Program-made: the position numbers and the translations under genes
The notes under the pieces: model-generated
The model's input: the letters and a program-made list of their open reading frames with translations, nothing else
Told to the model about the DNA's origin: nothing
Database searches by the model: none
Shown here: piece after piece, positions 38,373 through 46,785 of the stretch
Layout of the letters: each line of letters starts with the position of its first letter
Position numbering within the stretch: the first letter of the stretch is position 1
Virus record (IMG/VR): IMGVR_UViG_3300025132_000035
Location: 1 to 63,720 of that record
Source of the DNA: a virus
Lineage: Duplodnaviria; Caudoviricetes
Strand: one strand, 5' to 3'
Length of the DNA: 63,720 nucleotides

Positions 38373-38501
38373 TTAATCATTATCCACACCCTTAGTATCT
38401 TTATTACTTTGTTCTAAGTCATATACCCTATCACTTAACTTAGCAATCATGCTATATAAGTTCACTATTAATTCTGATTGTTCTTCTTCTTTTATTTTCA
38501 T
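38373..38501 (-). CDS. Small hypothetical protein (42 aa, not in ORF track)
   Basis: AGGGAG RBS; MKIKEEEQSELIVNLYSMIAKLSDRV... Confidence 0.55.
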   Translation of the reverse strand: MKIKEEEQSELIVNLYSMIAKLSDRVYDLEQSNKDTKGVDND

Positions 38502-38940
38502 TGTAAACTCCCTTTTTTATGTGTATTACTGTATAAATCCTTTTCCAATGCAATTACAATCATTACCATATAATTCCCCTTTGTGTATATTTACTCATTT
38601 ATAAAAATAGTTCTATGTAATTTAATTTTATAGTTATTACCATGCCTAGAAGGTATCAAAATTCCTTAGCATAGCATTTTAAAGACCAACTTGATGCCCA
38701 ACCTTATACCGACAAATAAAAAGCGTTCCAGAGCATCAAGCCAGTCTCTCCTATTTTCGTTTTCGATCTTCTCCTTTCTGTCATTACCTTATCATTGGGG
38801 CAAGGTCATGTCAACCCCTTATTACGAGCCAAAATCGTTTTACGAATTTCGTAACCAAGTAGCTATGTATCGTAACCCTCGACAAGGCAAACGATACCCC
38901 TATGCAATCTCTCAAAAGGTCGTAAATAATAATTAAGGTG

Positions 38941-38969
38941 TTGACAAAGTAACCAAAATATGTTATGAT
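38941..38969 (+). promoter_or_regulatory. Sigma-70-type early promoter
   Basis: TTGACA-N17-TATGAT with extended TG. Confidence 0.75.
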
Positions 38970-39056
38970 ATAAGTATATAGTAAAACCCAGAGGTACTTA
39001 GGGAGGATGGGACACGCCCTCATTTTTGGCAAGGTCAAAATATAAAGGCACAAAAA

Positions 39057-39080
39057 AACTCCCCATATTTCAGGGGAGTT
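39057..39080. terminator. Intrinsic terminator
   Basis: aactcccc-N8-ggggagtt; U tract on the minus strand. Confidence 0.75.
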
Positions 39081-39088
39081 AATTTTGC

Positions 39089-39376
39089 TTAGTCTTTTGA
39101 GGGGTGCAACTCAGGGTTGCAGTTACCCATTCCATGACAAGAACCCATGCAAATACAAGCACAGGATTTAGAACCATTAAGGCATCTGCTGTCACATACT
39201 TCTTTTTGAGTTGGGTGGTTTTTAGTTAACTTAATAACTCGAGCAGTCGCTGTGAAGTCCTTACAGCCTTGCTTATAACAATAAGCCTTATTGTCATTGA
39301 AGTTCCCCATACTTGGATATTGTTCCGTTCCATGCTTTGGGCAATCAGCCCAGAAGGTGTAAATTGCTCTACTCAT
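39089..39376 (-). CDS. Cys-rich zinc-binding early protein
   Basis: AAGGAG RBS; CDSRCLNG...CACICMG.CHG motif. Confidence 0.75.
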   Translation of the reverse strand: MSRAIYTFWADCPKHGTEQYPSMGNFNDNKAYCYKQGCKDFTATARVIKLTKNHPTQKEVCDSRCLNGSKSCACICMGSCHGMGNCNPELHPSKD

Positions 39377-39387
39377 TTTAAACTCCT

Positions 39388-39513
39388 TTATTTTACTTGG
39401 TCGTGCATAACACTTTTTGGAAACAAAGATAATAAGGTTTTGATCTTGGCTTGTGAGATTTTTCGTGTTGCCTTTTTTGCCCCAACCTTGCTTATGTTAA
39501 CTTGCCTATTCAT
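39388..39513 (-). CDS. Small basic protein (41 aa, not in ORF track)
   Basis: GGAGGG RBS directly after a promoter. Confidence 0.55.
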   Translation of the reverse strand: MNRQVNISKVGAKKATRKISQAKIKTLLSLFPKSVMHDQVK

Positions 39514-39547
39514 TTGAACCCTCCAGTCAAATTTATATTATGCTTAT

Positions 39548-39576
39548 ATTCTAGCAGATAATTATTATAATGTCAA
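39548..39576 (-). promoter_or_regulatory. Sigma-70-type early promoter
   Basis: TTGACA-N17-TAGAAT. Confidence 0.75.
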
Positions 39577-39613
39577 TACCTTATCATTATAATATTGACT
39601 TTTGTTTTAGGTG

Positions 39614-39642
39614 TTGACACAGATGTTAAAATATGATATAAT
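39614..39642 (+). promoter_or_regulatory. Sigma-70-type early promoter (perfect consensus)
   Basis: TTGACA-N17-TATAAT with extended TG. Confidence 0.8.
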
Positions 39643-39692
39643 GAAAGGTTAACCCCTTTTATAAATTGACCCAAGCAATTTTATTAAAGGTG

Positions 39693-39721
39693 TTGACAAC
39701 ATTGTTAATTTATGGTATTAT
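39693..39721 (+). promoter_or_regulatory. Sigma-70-type early promoter
   Basis: TTGACA-N17-TATTAT. Confidence 0.7.
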
Positions 39722-39864
39722 GTAGTTAACATAAAAGAAACCTAGTGAGAGATACTGAAGGAGAGGGGAACTCGCCCTACTTTTTCGTGATCAAGACAAG
39801 CGTTATTTTTCCCCATGTGGTGTTCTTCCTAAGTCCCTACTGGATATATCTATTTTATACTTAA

Positions 39865-39893
39865 AGTATAGCATTTTTTTAAAGTGTTGTCAA
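39865..39893 (-). promoter_or_regulatory. Sigma-70-type early promoter
   Basis: TTGACA-N17-TATACT. Confidence 0.75.
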
Positions 39894-39917
39894 TACATTA
39901 TTTTAAGTTCTTGGTAA

Positions 39918-39943
39918 ATCCCCACAGGTATGATGTGGGGATT
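39918..39943 (-). terminator. Hairpin terminator
   Basis: atccccaca-N7-tgtggggat downstream of the 39970-40329 gene. Confidence 0.6.
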
Positions 39944-39969
39944 CATAATGAATATATATAATAAACTAA

Positions 39970-40329
39970 TTATTCAGAATCATCAGTTAACATTTTGGAC
40001 ATGCTTGTACGTTGTCGTTCAATGTATTCATGTATGCTTGTAGTAGCTTCATCTGTTATAGTCTTTACATGATCATCTAGCACCTTAACTCCAGCGTTTC
40101 TGGCACGTTCTAAACATTCACTACACATATAACAATTTCGCATCTCTGGCTCACCCTCTAGCTTCATGCGTACTGAATAAACATCTAGTTCAAAGAAGAA
40201 TCTTTTAAACTTGTTTTCCTCAGACTGGCACTTATCACAAAAGTATATTGGGTAATCAGGAGTGGCAACATGTTCATCTACAAAAAAAGTTAACATCTCA
40301 TTTTGTTTACGGACTTCATCGCTAATCAT
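39970..40329 (-). CDS. Zinc-finger hypothetical early protein
   Basis: CDKC...CSEC; GAGGTG RBS. Confidence 0.75.
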   Translation of the reverse strand: MISDEVRKQNEMLTFFVDEHVATPDYPIYFCDKCQSEENKFKRFFFELDVYSVRMKLEGEPEMRNCYMCSECLERARNAGVKVLDDHVKTITDEATTSIHEYIERQRTSMSKMLTDDSE

Positions 40330-40423
40330 AGTTCACCTCTGGTATTTTCTTATTAGAAAACATCGACCTAGTTCCATACCGACTTTTTGTTTTCTATGAA
40401 GTATAACTTTACTTACATATTTT

Positions 40424-40452
40424 ATCTTATCAGATATCTCCTTTAATGTCAA
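40424..40452 (-). promoter_or_regulatory. Sigma-70-type early promoter
   Basis: TTGACA-N17-TAAGAT. Confidence 0.7.
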
Positions 40453-40579
40453 TACCTCTAGTAAAATCGACCCCCCTGTTGTGGGTATTTTGCCATTTTT
40501 GCTCACATATAATCTCGTCTAAGAACAAAAAAAATTTTCAAAAAAAAGCCATACTTTAAATACGAATTTGCAAGAAGTG

Positions 40580-40608
40580 TTGACATTATTGTAGGGATGT
40601 GTTATGAT
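40580..40608 (+). promoter_or_regulatory. Sigma-70-type early promoter
   Basis: TTGACA-N17-TATGAT. Confidence 0.75.
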
Positions 40609-40717
40609 TTAATCATTAAATATAAAAACGTGATTGAGGTGTCACAACATAAATACCATTAATATGGTTAGTCGAATGGATTACTTTAAAAATTAAATAC
40701 TAAAAGGAGAAAGTACA

Positions 40718-41491
40718 ATGTTACTCTCGAAAGCTAAAAGAACCGATTTGTCGTTGGCTGAAATGCACTTAACTCAAACCGAACCAAAACAAAATAACAT
40801 ATCATTTTTGTCTTGGTCTAAAATACTATCCAAAAAGGATGGTGGGGTTATAGTGATCACTGGTCATCGAGGACAGGGTAAATCAGCACTAGGTTGGTGG
40901 TTAGCCCAAAAGATTAATAAAGAACAGAAGAAGAATATTGTTGCTGTAGGATTTCCCCATGAAGCAAGAAGTCTTTTCCCCAAGAGGGGATTTGGATCAG
41001 GTGGAATTCGATGGGCTACTGGGATTGAAGAAGTTGACTCGATTAATAAACCAAGCGTTTTAGTTTGTGATGAAGCATCATTTATAGCAAACGCTAGGGA
41101 AGCAATGACTAAGAATAATCAGGCTTGGCTTCGGTTAATAAATACTAGTAGGCAAAAAGAACATTGGTTGCTTTTCATAACTCAAAATTCAGATCAACTG
41201 GATAAACAACTTATGATGAATGCTGACTTTGTTCTGATGAAGAAACCTACTGAGCAACATCGTAGGGGTTGCAATAAAATGTATTTACCAGAAATGAATG
41301 AAGCAATAAACCAATTTAGCCATAAAAAGGATACCAAGAAATTCGTGTTTGCAGTTGATTACAACTACGAATATGGAAAACCAAAATTGCTTTCAGCTGG
41401 AATCCCTACTTGGTGGAACAGCAAAGTTTCAAAAGCGTTTAGCACTGCTACTGTTATTAAACAAAGTGGTAGTTCAAACGACAGTTGTTAG
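40718..41491 (+). CDS. P-loop NTPase (Zot/FtsK-HerA-like)
   Basis: ITGHRGQGKS; LVCDEA; SRQ....LFITQ...QLDK.L..NAD. Confidence 0.8.
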   Translation: MLLSKAKRTDLSLAEMHLTQTEPKQNNISFLSWSKILSKKDGGVIVITGHRGQGKSALGWWLAQKINKEQKKNIVAVGFPHEARSLFPKRGFGSGGIRWATGIEEVDSINKPSVLVCDEASFIANAREAMTKNNQAWLRLINTSRQKEHWLLFITQNSDQLDKQLMMNADFVLMKKPTEQHRRGCNKMYLPEMNEAINQFSHKKDTKKFVFAVDYNYEYGKPKLLSAGIPTWWNSKVSKAFSTATVIKQSGSSNDSC

Positions 41492-41500
41492 AATGCTTAA

Positions 41501-41530
41501 TAAATGCCCTCTGAAATATGAGGGCATTTA
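41501..41530 (+). terminator. Hairpin terminator
   Basis: taaatgccctc-N8-gagggcattta. Confidence 0.7.
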
Positions 41531-41560
41531 ATAAAACAAAAAGTAATATTATAAAAAGTG

Positions 41561-41589
41561 TTGACTTTAATGTTTTACTATGATAAGAT
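41561..41589 (+). promoter_or_regulatory. Sigma-70-type early promoter
   Basis: TTGACT-N17-TAAGAT. Confidence 0.7.
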
Positions 41590-41633
41590 ATAAACAGTTA
41601 AGTTAAAAGTGTTTAAACGAAGGGAGCATTAAA

Positions 41634-42347
41634 GTGAAAGCATTAGAGAAAAAGTTTGAGTTTAAAGAACAGTATCTTTATGAGGCTGCAAAGATTATGA
41701 AGGATAAGCTGTTTAAACCAGTTGGAGTTGAATTACCAGAAGACATAGAGTTCAGTGCTAGTTTCCCAGCAAGGGCAGCACTACCATCTTCAAATGGTGG
41801 TTCCCATACTGTAGGGGTTTGTTACCCTAGAGAGATGTCTCAGGACAAACATATACTAGTTCATGTTTCTCCATTAATAGGAGACGAACTTGAAGCATTA
41901 GCAATTTTGGCTCATGAACTCGTCCATGCTAGTGATAACTGCCACTCAGGGCATCGCAATCATTTTCGAAAGACTGCACTAGGCATTGGACTAGAAGGAA
42001 AAATGACCTCTACCCATGCTGGTGATCAGCTAATAGCAAAACTAAAAGGAATGGTAGATGTGCTTGGTGAATACCCACAAGTATCTCTCGCAGTTCAGAA
42101 AAGAGTTTCTGGTACTAGAAACTTATTGATCGAATGTGTTAATCCTCAATGTGGATTAAAAATGAGAACATCAAAGAAACAAATTGATGAAGGCATTAAA
42201 TTAAATGGATGGGTAATATGTTCAAAATGTAGTTCACTTGGTTCTCTAAGATTTAATATAGATGATAGTGTTTATACTAGACAAGAATATATCGATATTG
42301 TGAGGGCATGGGAAAAAGGAATGTTTACAGAAGAAGATGAAGAATAA
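41634..42347 (+). CDS. SprT-like zinc metallopeptidase with C-terminal zinc ribbon
   Basis: LAHELVHA....GH...F; ECVNPQCG...CSKC. Confidence 0.75.
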   Translation: MKALEKKFEFKEQYLYEAAKIMKDKLFKPVGVELPEDIEFSASFPARAALPSSNGGSHTVGVCYPREMSQDKHILVHVSPLIGDELEALAILAHELVHASDNCHSGHRNHFRKTALGIGLEGKMTSTHAGDQLIAKLKGMVDVLGEYPQVSLAVQKRVSGTRNLLIECVNPQCGLKMRTSKKQIDEGIKLNGWVICSKCSSLGSLRFNIDDSVYTRQEYIDIVRAWEKGMFTEEDEE

Positions 42348-42357
42348 GACAATTAAA

Positions 42358-42389
42358 ACTAGGGGACTTGTTTAAACATCTCCCCTAGT
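42358..42389. terminator. Hairpin with GTTTAAAC in its loop
   Basis: actagggga-cttgtttaaacatc-tcccctagt. Confidence 0.6.
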
Positions 42390-42417
42390 AAAAAATTTAT
42401 AAAAAAGGAGAGAAAAT

Positions 42418-42612
42418 ATGGTGATGATTAATAGTGATTTAGAAGCAATAGAAATTATTGAAGGAATGCAAGAACCAGAATCAGAAGAACAGTATATCCA
42501 AGCATGGCAACACTTAGTTAACACAGGTACTGTTTGGCACTTACAAGGTTCTTATGGTAGAACAGCAATGCAATTAATAGAAAATGAAATTATAAAATTA
42601 AAAGGAGAGTAA
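42418..42612 (+). CDS. Small phage protein (AWQ.LV.TG..W.LQG.YGR.A family)
   Basis: AAGGAG RBS; motif recurrent in phage early regions. Confidence 0.75.
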   Translation: MVMINSDLEAIEIIEGMQEPESEEQYIQAWQHLVNTGTVWHLQGSYGRTAMQLIENEIIKLKGE

Positions 42613-42617
42613 ATAAA

Positions 42618-42845
42618 ATGTTAAAGATAGAAATAAAAATAAATACAGACAACTCAGCATTTACAAAAGATAAGGAATCTGAAATTATGCGCATCGTAAA
42701 TAAATTTTTTAATGAGTCTGGTAAGTATGTAAATTGTGATAATACAGAGGTTTCTGGTTTTGGTTGCAATGATTGCGAACACACATTAACAGATAGCAAT
42801 GGTAACAAAGTAGGGACAATTGAATTAATAGAAGCTACTTGCTAA
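42618..42845 (+). CDS. Hypothetical early protein
   Basis: I.TDNSAF...D.NGNKVG motif. Confidence 0.75.
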   Translation: MLKIEIKINTDNSAFTKDKESEIMRIVNKFFNESGKYVNCDNTEVSGFGCNDCEHTLTDSNGNKVGTIELIEATC

Positions 42846-42899
42846 TAGTATTGAAATTTATTAAATAGAAACGTTTAAACATATCTAAGGAGTTTTAAA

Positions 42900-43256
42900 A
42901 TGAGTATAATGTTAGCTAATAAAATATTTAGAGGTCTACCTAAAAATCAATTAGAGGTAGAGGAATTAATAGAAGCAATAGAGTTTCATTACCAAGAATT
43001 TTACTTTGAAAATTTTCTTGAGGAAATTGCAGAACACCATCACTATGCACCAAATAGTTCCCATGAAGATTTTTATACTACAGTTATTTGCGATCCTACG
43101 ATTCAAAAAAGTATCGTTACTACTTATAACTGTTTTGTAAGATATGAAATATTGCTTGATGAAAATGGGAACCAACAAGATATTTATTATCAAGCTGGAA
43201 CTATTAAGGCAACAGAACTTTTACAAGCTATTATTAAATTTGCAGAGGGGTTTTAA
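42900..43256 (+). CDS. Hypothetical early protein
   Basis: AAGGAG RBS. Confidence 0.75.
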   Translation: MSIMLANKIFRGLPKNQLEVEELIEAIEFHYQEFYFENFLEEIAEHHHYAPNSSHEDFYTTVICDPTIQKSIVTTYNCFVRYEILLDENGNQQDIYYQAGTIKATELLQAIIKFAEGF

Positions 43257-43258
43257 TT

Positions 43259-43372
43259 ATGTTAGATAAATGGGCAGTAATGGAACAAGCTATAGAAAAA
43301 TTAGAAGATGAGTTGGGACGTGAGCCAACAAGAGAAGAACTAGATCAAGAAATAGAAAGAAGGAGTGAGTAA
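43259..43372 (+). CDS. 37-aa peptide with sigma region 3-like LGREPT.EEL motif (not in ORF track)
   Basis: MLDKWAVMEQAIEKLEDELGREPTREELDQEIERRSE; GAGGGG RBS; fills the gap exactly. Confidence 0.65.
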   Translation: MLDKWAVMEQAIEKLEDELGREPTREELDQEIERRSE

Positions 43373-43373
43373 A

Positions 43374-44015
43374 ATGACTAAGGTAAATGGGCATAGCAAA
43401 AACAAAATAGTAGAATCCTTGATTTCATATATTATATTAGATGTTGAATTTGAAGCATTTAATGAGATAAAAGAATTTGAGTACGGCCCGGAATATTATG
43501 ATGAAATCGGAAATGCAGATATGGGTGATCTACTTAAAAAAGAATGGAATAAAGACTCTAATTTTTTTGCAGATTATGTTGATAAAATTGTAAGTGATAA
43601 CGTTAGAATTGCCTTTAGTATTACTAATCGTATAGAGGGGTATTTTGATACGTTTGGTATAAAATCAAACACAATAAAAAAGGAAGTAACAGACTTTTTT
43701 AGATTACCATTTCTCCCCAATTATGCTACCGAAACTAGGGTTAATCTTTATACACCTATTATTATCCAAAAGATTAAAAACCATCTTTTAAATAACACTA
43801 GCCCATTTGAAGTTTATGATATTAGGGATGAAGAAGATAGTGATGATTGTCGCTACAATGAGACATCTAAGAATTATTTTGAATTTCCCCTTAATAAACT
43901 TATTATAGCAAATACCTATCAAGTGAAGGGTTTTGAGGGATGCTTTAAAGATGTCTTTGAGAGGTTTTTAGAATTTGATTATTTAGATAAAGCAAAAATT
44001 AATTACACAATCTAA
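43374..44015 (+). CDS. Acidic hypothetical early protein
   Basis: AAGGAG RBS; the ORF track starts at 43365. Confidence 0.75.
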   Translation: MTKVNGHSKNKIVESLISYIILDVEFEAFNEIKEFEYGPEYYDEIGNADMGDLLKKEWNKDSNFFADYVDKIVSDNVRIAFSITNRIEGYFDTFGIKSNTIKKEVTDFFRLPFLPNYATETRVNLYTPIIIQKIKNHLLNNTSPFEVYDIRDEEDSDDCRYNETSKNYFEFPLNKLIIANTYQVKGFEGCFKDVFERFLEFDYLDKAKINYTI

Positions 44016-44025
44016 GGGGTAGAAT

Positions 44026-44190
44026 ATGGATATAATATTATTTATGTTATTTATGTGGGGTCTTTATGAACTAGCTGTTTTTATCTGGGGCAAAATCATT
44101 TCTATTAAAAATAGTATCGTAGATCAAGTATCCCCAAAAAACTCAAAACTATTTACTGATCATATTATTGGAGATATTTACCTCAATTAA
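44026..44190 (+). CDS. Small membrane protein (54 aa, not in ORF track)
   Basis: AAGGGG RBS; hydrophobic N-terminus MDIILFMLFMWGLYELAVFIW. Confidence 0.55.
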   Translation: MDIILFMLFMWGLYELAVFIWGKIISIKNSIVDQVSPKNSKLFTDHIIGDIYLN

Positions 44191-44200
44191 TAATAAACTG

Positions 44201-44229
44201 TTGACAAATAGTTGTTTATGCCCTATACT
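44201..44229 (+). promoter_or_regulatory. Sigma-70-type early promoter
   Basis: TTGACA-N17-TATACT. Confidence 0.75.
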
Positions 44230-44265
44230 GTATTTATAGTAAATTAATTATAAGGAGTGTAGATT

Positions 44266-44691
44266 ATGAGTAAGTTTATAAATAAAGATATTTCTAAGAT
44301 GGATGACTATCAAGGCAAATTGCACAAAGAAGAAAAAATGAGTTTTATTCTAAAAGAACTTGGTTTCGCAAAGACTGATTTAACAGATAATGAAATTGCA
44401 GTTCTTTCTAAGATGTTGGGTTTTTGTGATTATAAATTTCCTGAACAATTTGGTGAACTTCTTGAAGAATCTGTAGAAATGACTCTTGAGTTAAATGAAA
44501 TAAACGAACTTCTTAATTGGAATGACCATCAAGTATCAGGGTTAATAAGTTCTTTAGAATCTAAGGGATTAGCATATAGTTTTAATGTTGATGGACGTAC
44601 ATTCCTTAACATAAGTCATAGAGGTATACACATACAAGTTCAGCAATTCGCAAACGTAGATGTAGACCCATCAGATTGTAATTGGTGTTAA
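44266..44691 (+). CDS. Winged-helix DNA-binding protein
   Basis: LTDNE..VL...HQVSGLISSLESKGL...L.IS.RG. Confidence 0.65.
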   Translation: MSKFINKDISKMDDYQGKLHKEEKMSFILKELGFAKTDLTDNEIAVLSKMLGFCDYKFPEQFGELLEESVEMTLELNEINELLNWNDHQVSGLISSLESKGLAYSFNVDGRTFLNISHRGIHIQVQQFANVDVDPSDCNWC

Positions 44692-44726
44692 TTTGATATT
44701 TAAACCAAGAACATAGAACAATAATC

Positions 44727-44754
44727 AGGGGGTTACGAAAGTAGCCCCTTTTTT
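44727..44754 (+). terminator. Intrinsic terminator
   Basis: ggggttac-GAAA-gtagcccc followed by a T tract. Confidence 0.8.
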
Positions 44755-44941
44755 ATTTGCCTAACCACCCCTTGACGTGCTTTTGTCGTGCGATAGCCGC
44801 AATCAAAATACCAAAGAGTATAGTTCCTACCAACAACATTGAGTAATGTATTTCTGTATATCTTCCCAGAGCAATTAATATAGCATCTTCTGCAAAATGT
44901 AAAACACTAACAAAGGTTGCTATGTAACTAAATTTTTTCAT
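44753..44941 (-). CDS. Small two-TM membrane protein
   Basis: Two hydrophobic segments. Confidence 0.7.
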   Translation of the reverse strand: MKKFSYIATFVSVLHFAEDAILIALGRYTEIHYSMLLVGTILFGILIAAIARQKHVKGWLGK

Positions 44942-45117
44942 GGTTGTTTGTTCCTTGCGATTGTAAGATTACTAGCAATAACCATTAAAGTATTGGCATC
45001 TACTTTTGGATATTGCTTTTGTAGTTTCATAAAGTACAAATTAAATGCAGAATAAACATCATCATTTGCCCCTATTGGTTGATCTGACTTATTTAAATAA
45101 ACTCTCTTTATGTCCAT
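44938..45117 (-). CDS. Small hypothetical protein (59 aa, probably leaderless, not in ORF track)
   Basis: ATG 6 nt after TATAAT of the AGTATAATA motif at 45122-45130; ATGA overlap with the next gene. Confidence 0.6.
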   Translation of the reverse strand: MDIKRVYLNKSDQPIGANDDVYSAFNLYFMKLQKQYPKVDANTLMVIASNLTIARNKQP

Positions 45118-45163
45118 ACTTTATTATACTTTATACCAATTTATTTTTATTTTAAAAAAAGTG

Positions 45164-45192
45164 TTGACAATATAATATTTATATAGTACTAT
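45164..45192 (+). promoter_or_regulatory. Sigma-70-type promoter
   Basis: TTGACA-N17-TACTAT preceded by an A tract. Confidence 0.7.
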
Positions 45193-45197
45193 ATATA

Positions 45198-45559
45198 CAT
45201 GAGATGAACTTAAACGATCTGGCACTGCATTAGTAGAAGGATTGAATCAACTTTCTAGAGTTGAACAAGAAATTCGAAGTTTGGAATCCAATGTAACGTT
45301 AAGGGTCTAGAGTAATTGATCTTAAGGGATAGGGGTGGTTAGCACCACACCTAATAGATAAAGGACTGGCAAGTCCTCTGGATAGATCAATGAAGACTAA
45401 TTCTAGGGAAGTGGGGGTTTAAGTTTGGGGACTAGAAAACTCAAACTGATTCCCCTTCCTGACTGGAGTCTTATTTAACAAGAAGGGAGGAAATCATGCT
45501 TTGTTCATAGGACTTATTAAACAAACTTAAAAGAGCCTAAAATTTTAGGCTCTTTTTTT
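45198..45559 (+). ncRNA. Candidate ~360-nt structured non-coding RNA
   Basis: Own promoter and terminator, no substantial ORF, many nested helices. Confidence 0.6.
45529..45559. terminator. Bidirectional intrinsic terminator
   Basis: aaaagagcctaa-aatt-ttaggctctttt followed by a further T run. Confidence 0.85.
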
Positions 45560-45560
45560 A

Positions 45561-46466
45561 TTACAATAACTTTAATTGTTGTGGGGTGAGTTTGGGCAAC
45601 TTTTTTAAGTCAATTAAATTACGAGGATTTTTTAAATAGGATTCACAAAACCACTTAATTGAAGGATTAGTATGTGCCTGTTCTAACACATAATTTAAAT
45701 TACTAGGGTTAATTAATTTCAGGGCTTTATTAGCATATTCGTCATCCCCTATCAATTTATACATTACGCTTAACCTAGCCAACAAATTTTCGGAATGTGT
45801 GAACACTGTATCAGTCATACCTTTTTCATAAGGTGGGTAAGGTAATTCTGGGAGTAGTATTTCTTTCGTTTTGTTTAAACAATATATATATCTATAAGTT
45901 TTAACTTTAAATGCTCGTAATTTATTGTCTAAGTACAGACGATTCTTATTTAAAAATCCTGTTGGTCGCTTTGTATTCTCTAATGGAACTTTATGGAATA
46001 ATTCTTTACTGTTAATATCTTGCAAAAATACAGAATTAGAATGTCCATAATATTTAAAATTAGCTGCTTTATATATTGTTCCACATCCTAATCTACCATC
46101 AGCAAAAGATTGAATAGTATATATATATGGATATAACTTTTTTATAATTTTAAAAGATGCTCCTATTAGCGTGGTTTCAGCATTGTACCCTAATTCGTCA
46201 TCGATCCATAGTCTATTTAACTCTACTACATTTTCTTTATCAAAATCTGGGTTAAGTTTTTTATAACTATTTGGGTTCATTAAATTACCAAATACGGCAG
46301 CACCTAAGAGAGTACCATCTCTAAATACACCTATATTCACTAAACCAAACGAGGTGTTCCATTTATGCGAATAATGATATTTAACCATCATATTCTTTGC
46401 TGTTTGATATGGAATTTCTCGGAAGATTAAGGTGCCATTGGTTTTAGTTTCTTTAATAATTTTCAA
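45561..46466 (-). CDS. Mom-like (GNAT-fold) DNA modification protein
   Basis: KYHYSH...GAAVFG...ELNRLW...IQSFAD...GTIYKAANF.Y.G; likely TTG start at 46466 because the ORF-track start (46613) overlaps the upstream gene. Confidence 0.75.
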   Translation of the reverse strand: MKIIKETKTNGTLIFREIPYQTAKNMMVKYHYSHKWNTSFGLVNIGVFRDGTLLGAAVFGNLMNPNSYKKLNPDFDKENVVELNRLWIDDELGYNAETTLIGASFKIIKKLYPYIYTIQSFADGRLGCGTIYKAANFKYYGHSNSVFLQDINSKELFHKVPLENTKRPTGFLNKNRLYLDNKLRAFKVKTYRYIYCLNKTKEILLPELPYPPYEKGMTDTVFTHSENLLARLSVMYKLIGDDEYANKALKLINPSNLNYVLEQAHTNPSIKWFCESYLKNPRNLIDLKKLPKLTPQQLKLL

Positions 46467-46476
46467 GCTATTACCA

Positions 46477-46740
46477 CTAACAGTTACAAGACCATTCAAA
46501 TAAGGGAGTATTCTCCCCAACATATGCACCCAGAGTATTAAATTCAAACCATTCCAAAGACTCTTTATCACACCAATCATTATCTTCCATAAGTTGTTGA
46601 ATGCATTTTTCACTTGAATAAAGAACCACAGGAATGTTATTTCGAAAACCTATTCCCTTAATTGCCCTATCGTACCCATCTGCAAACAATGCATCAGGGT
46701 TAATTTTTACTATGTATTTTTCAATTATCTTTCTATCCAT
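46477..46740 (-). CDS. Conserved phage hypothetical protein
   Basis: ADGYD.AI.G...Y..EKCI..LM...EWFEFN.LGAYVGE.TP motif; AAGGAG RBS. Confidence 0.8.
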   Translation of the reverse strand: MDRKIIEKYIVKINPDALFADGYDRAIKGIGFRNNIPVVLYSSEKCIQQLMEDNDWCDKESLEWFEFNTLGAYVGENTPLFEWSCNC

Positions 46741-46785
46741 AATTACTCCTTATGCATAAATAAAGACGTTTAAACACCTTTAGTG

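Noticed and set aside
45481-45510. gaggaaatcatgct resembling the RNase P GAGGAAAGUCCAUGCU motif
   Set aside because: Gapped match, located at the 3' end of the candidate RNA, with no complementary P4 strand found.
46467-46613. N-terminal extension of the Mom-like ORF
   Set aside because: Overlaps the well-supported 46477-46740 gene; the TTG at 46466 is a more plausible start.
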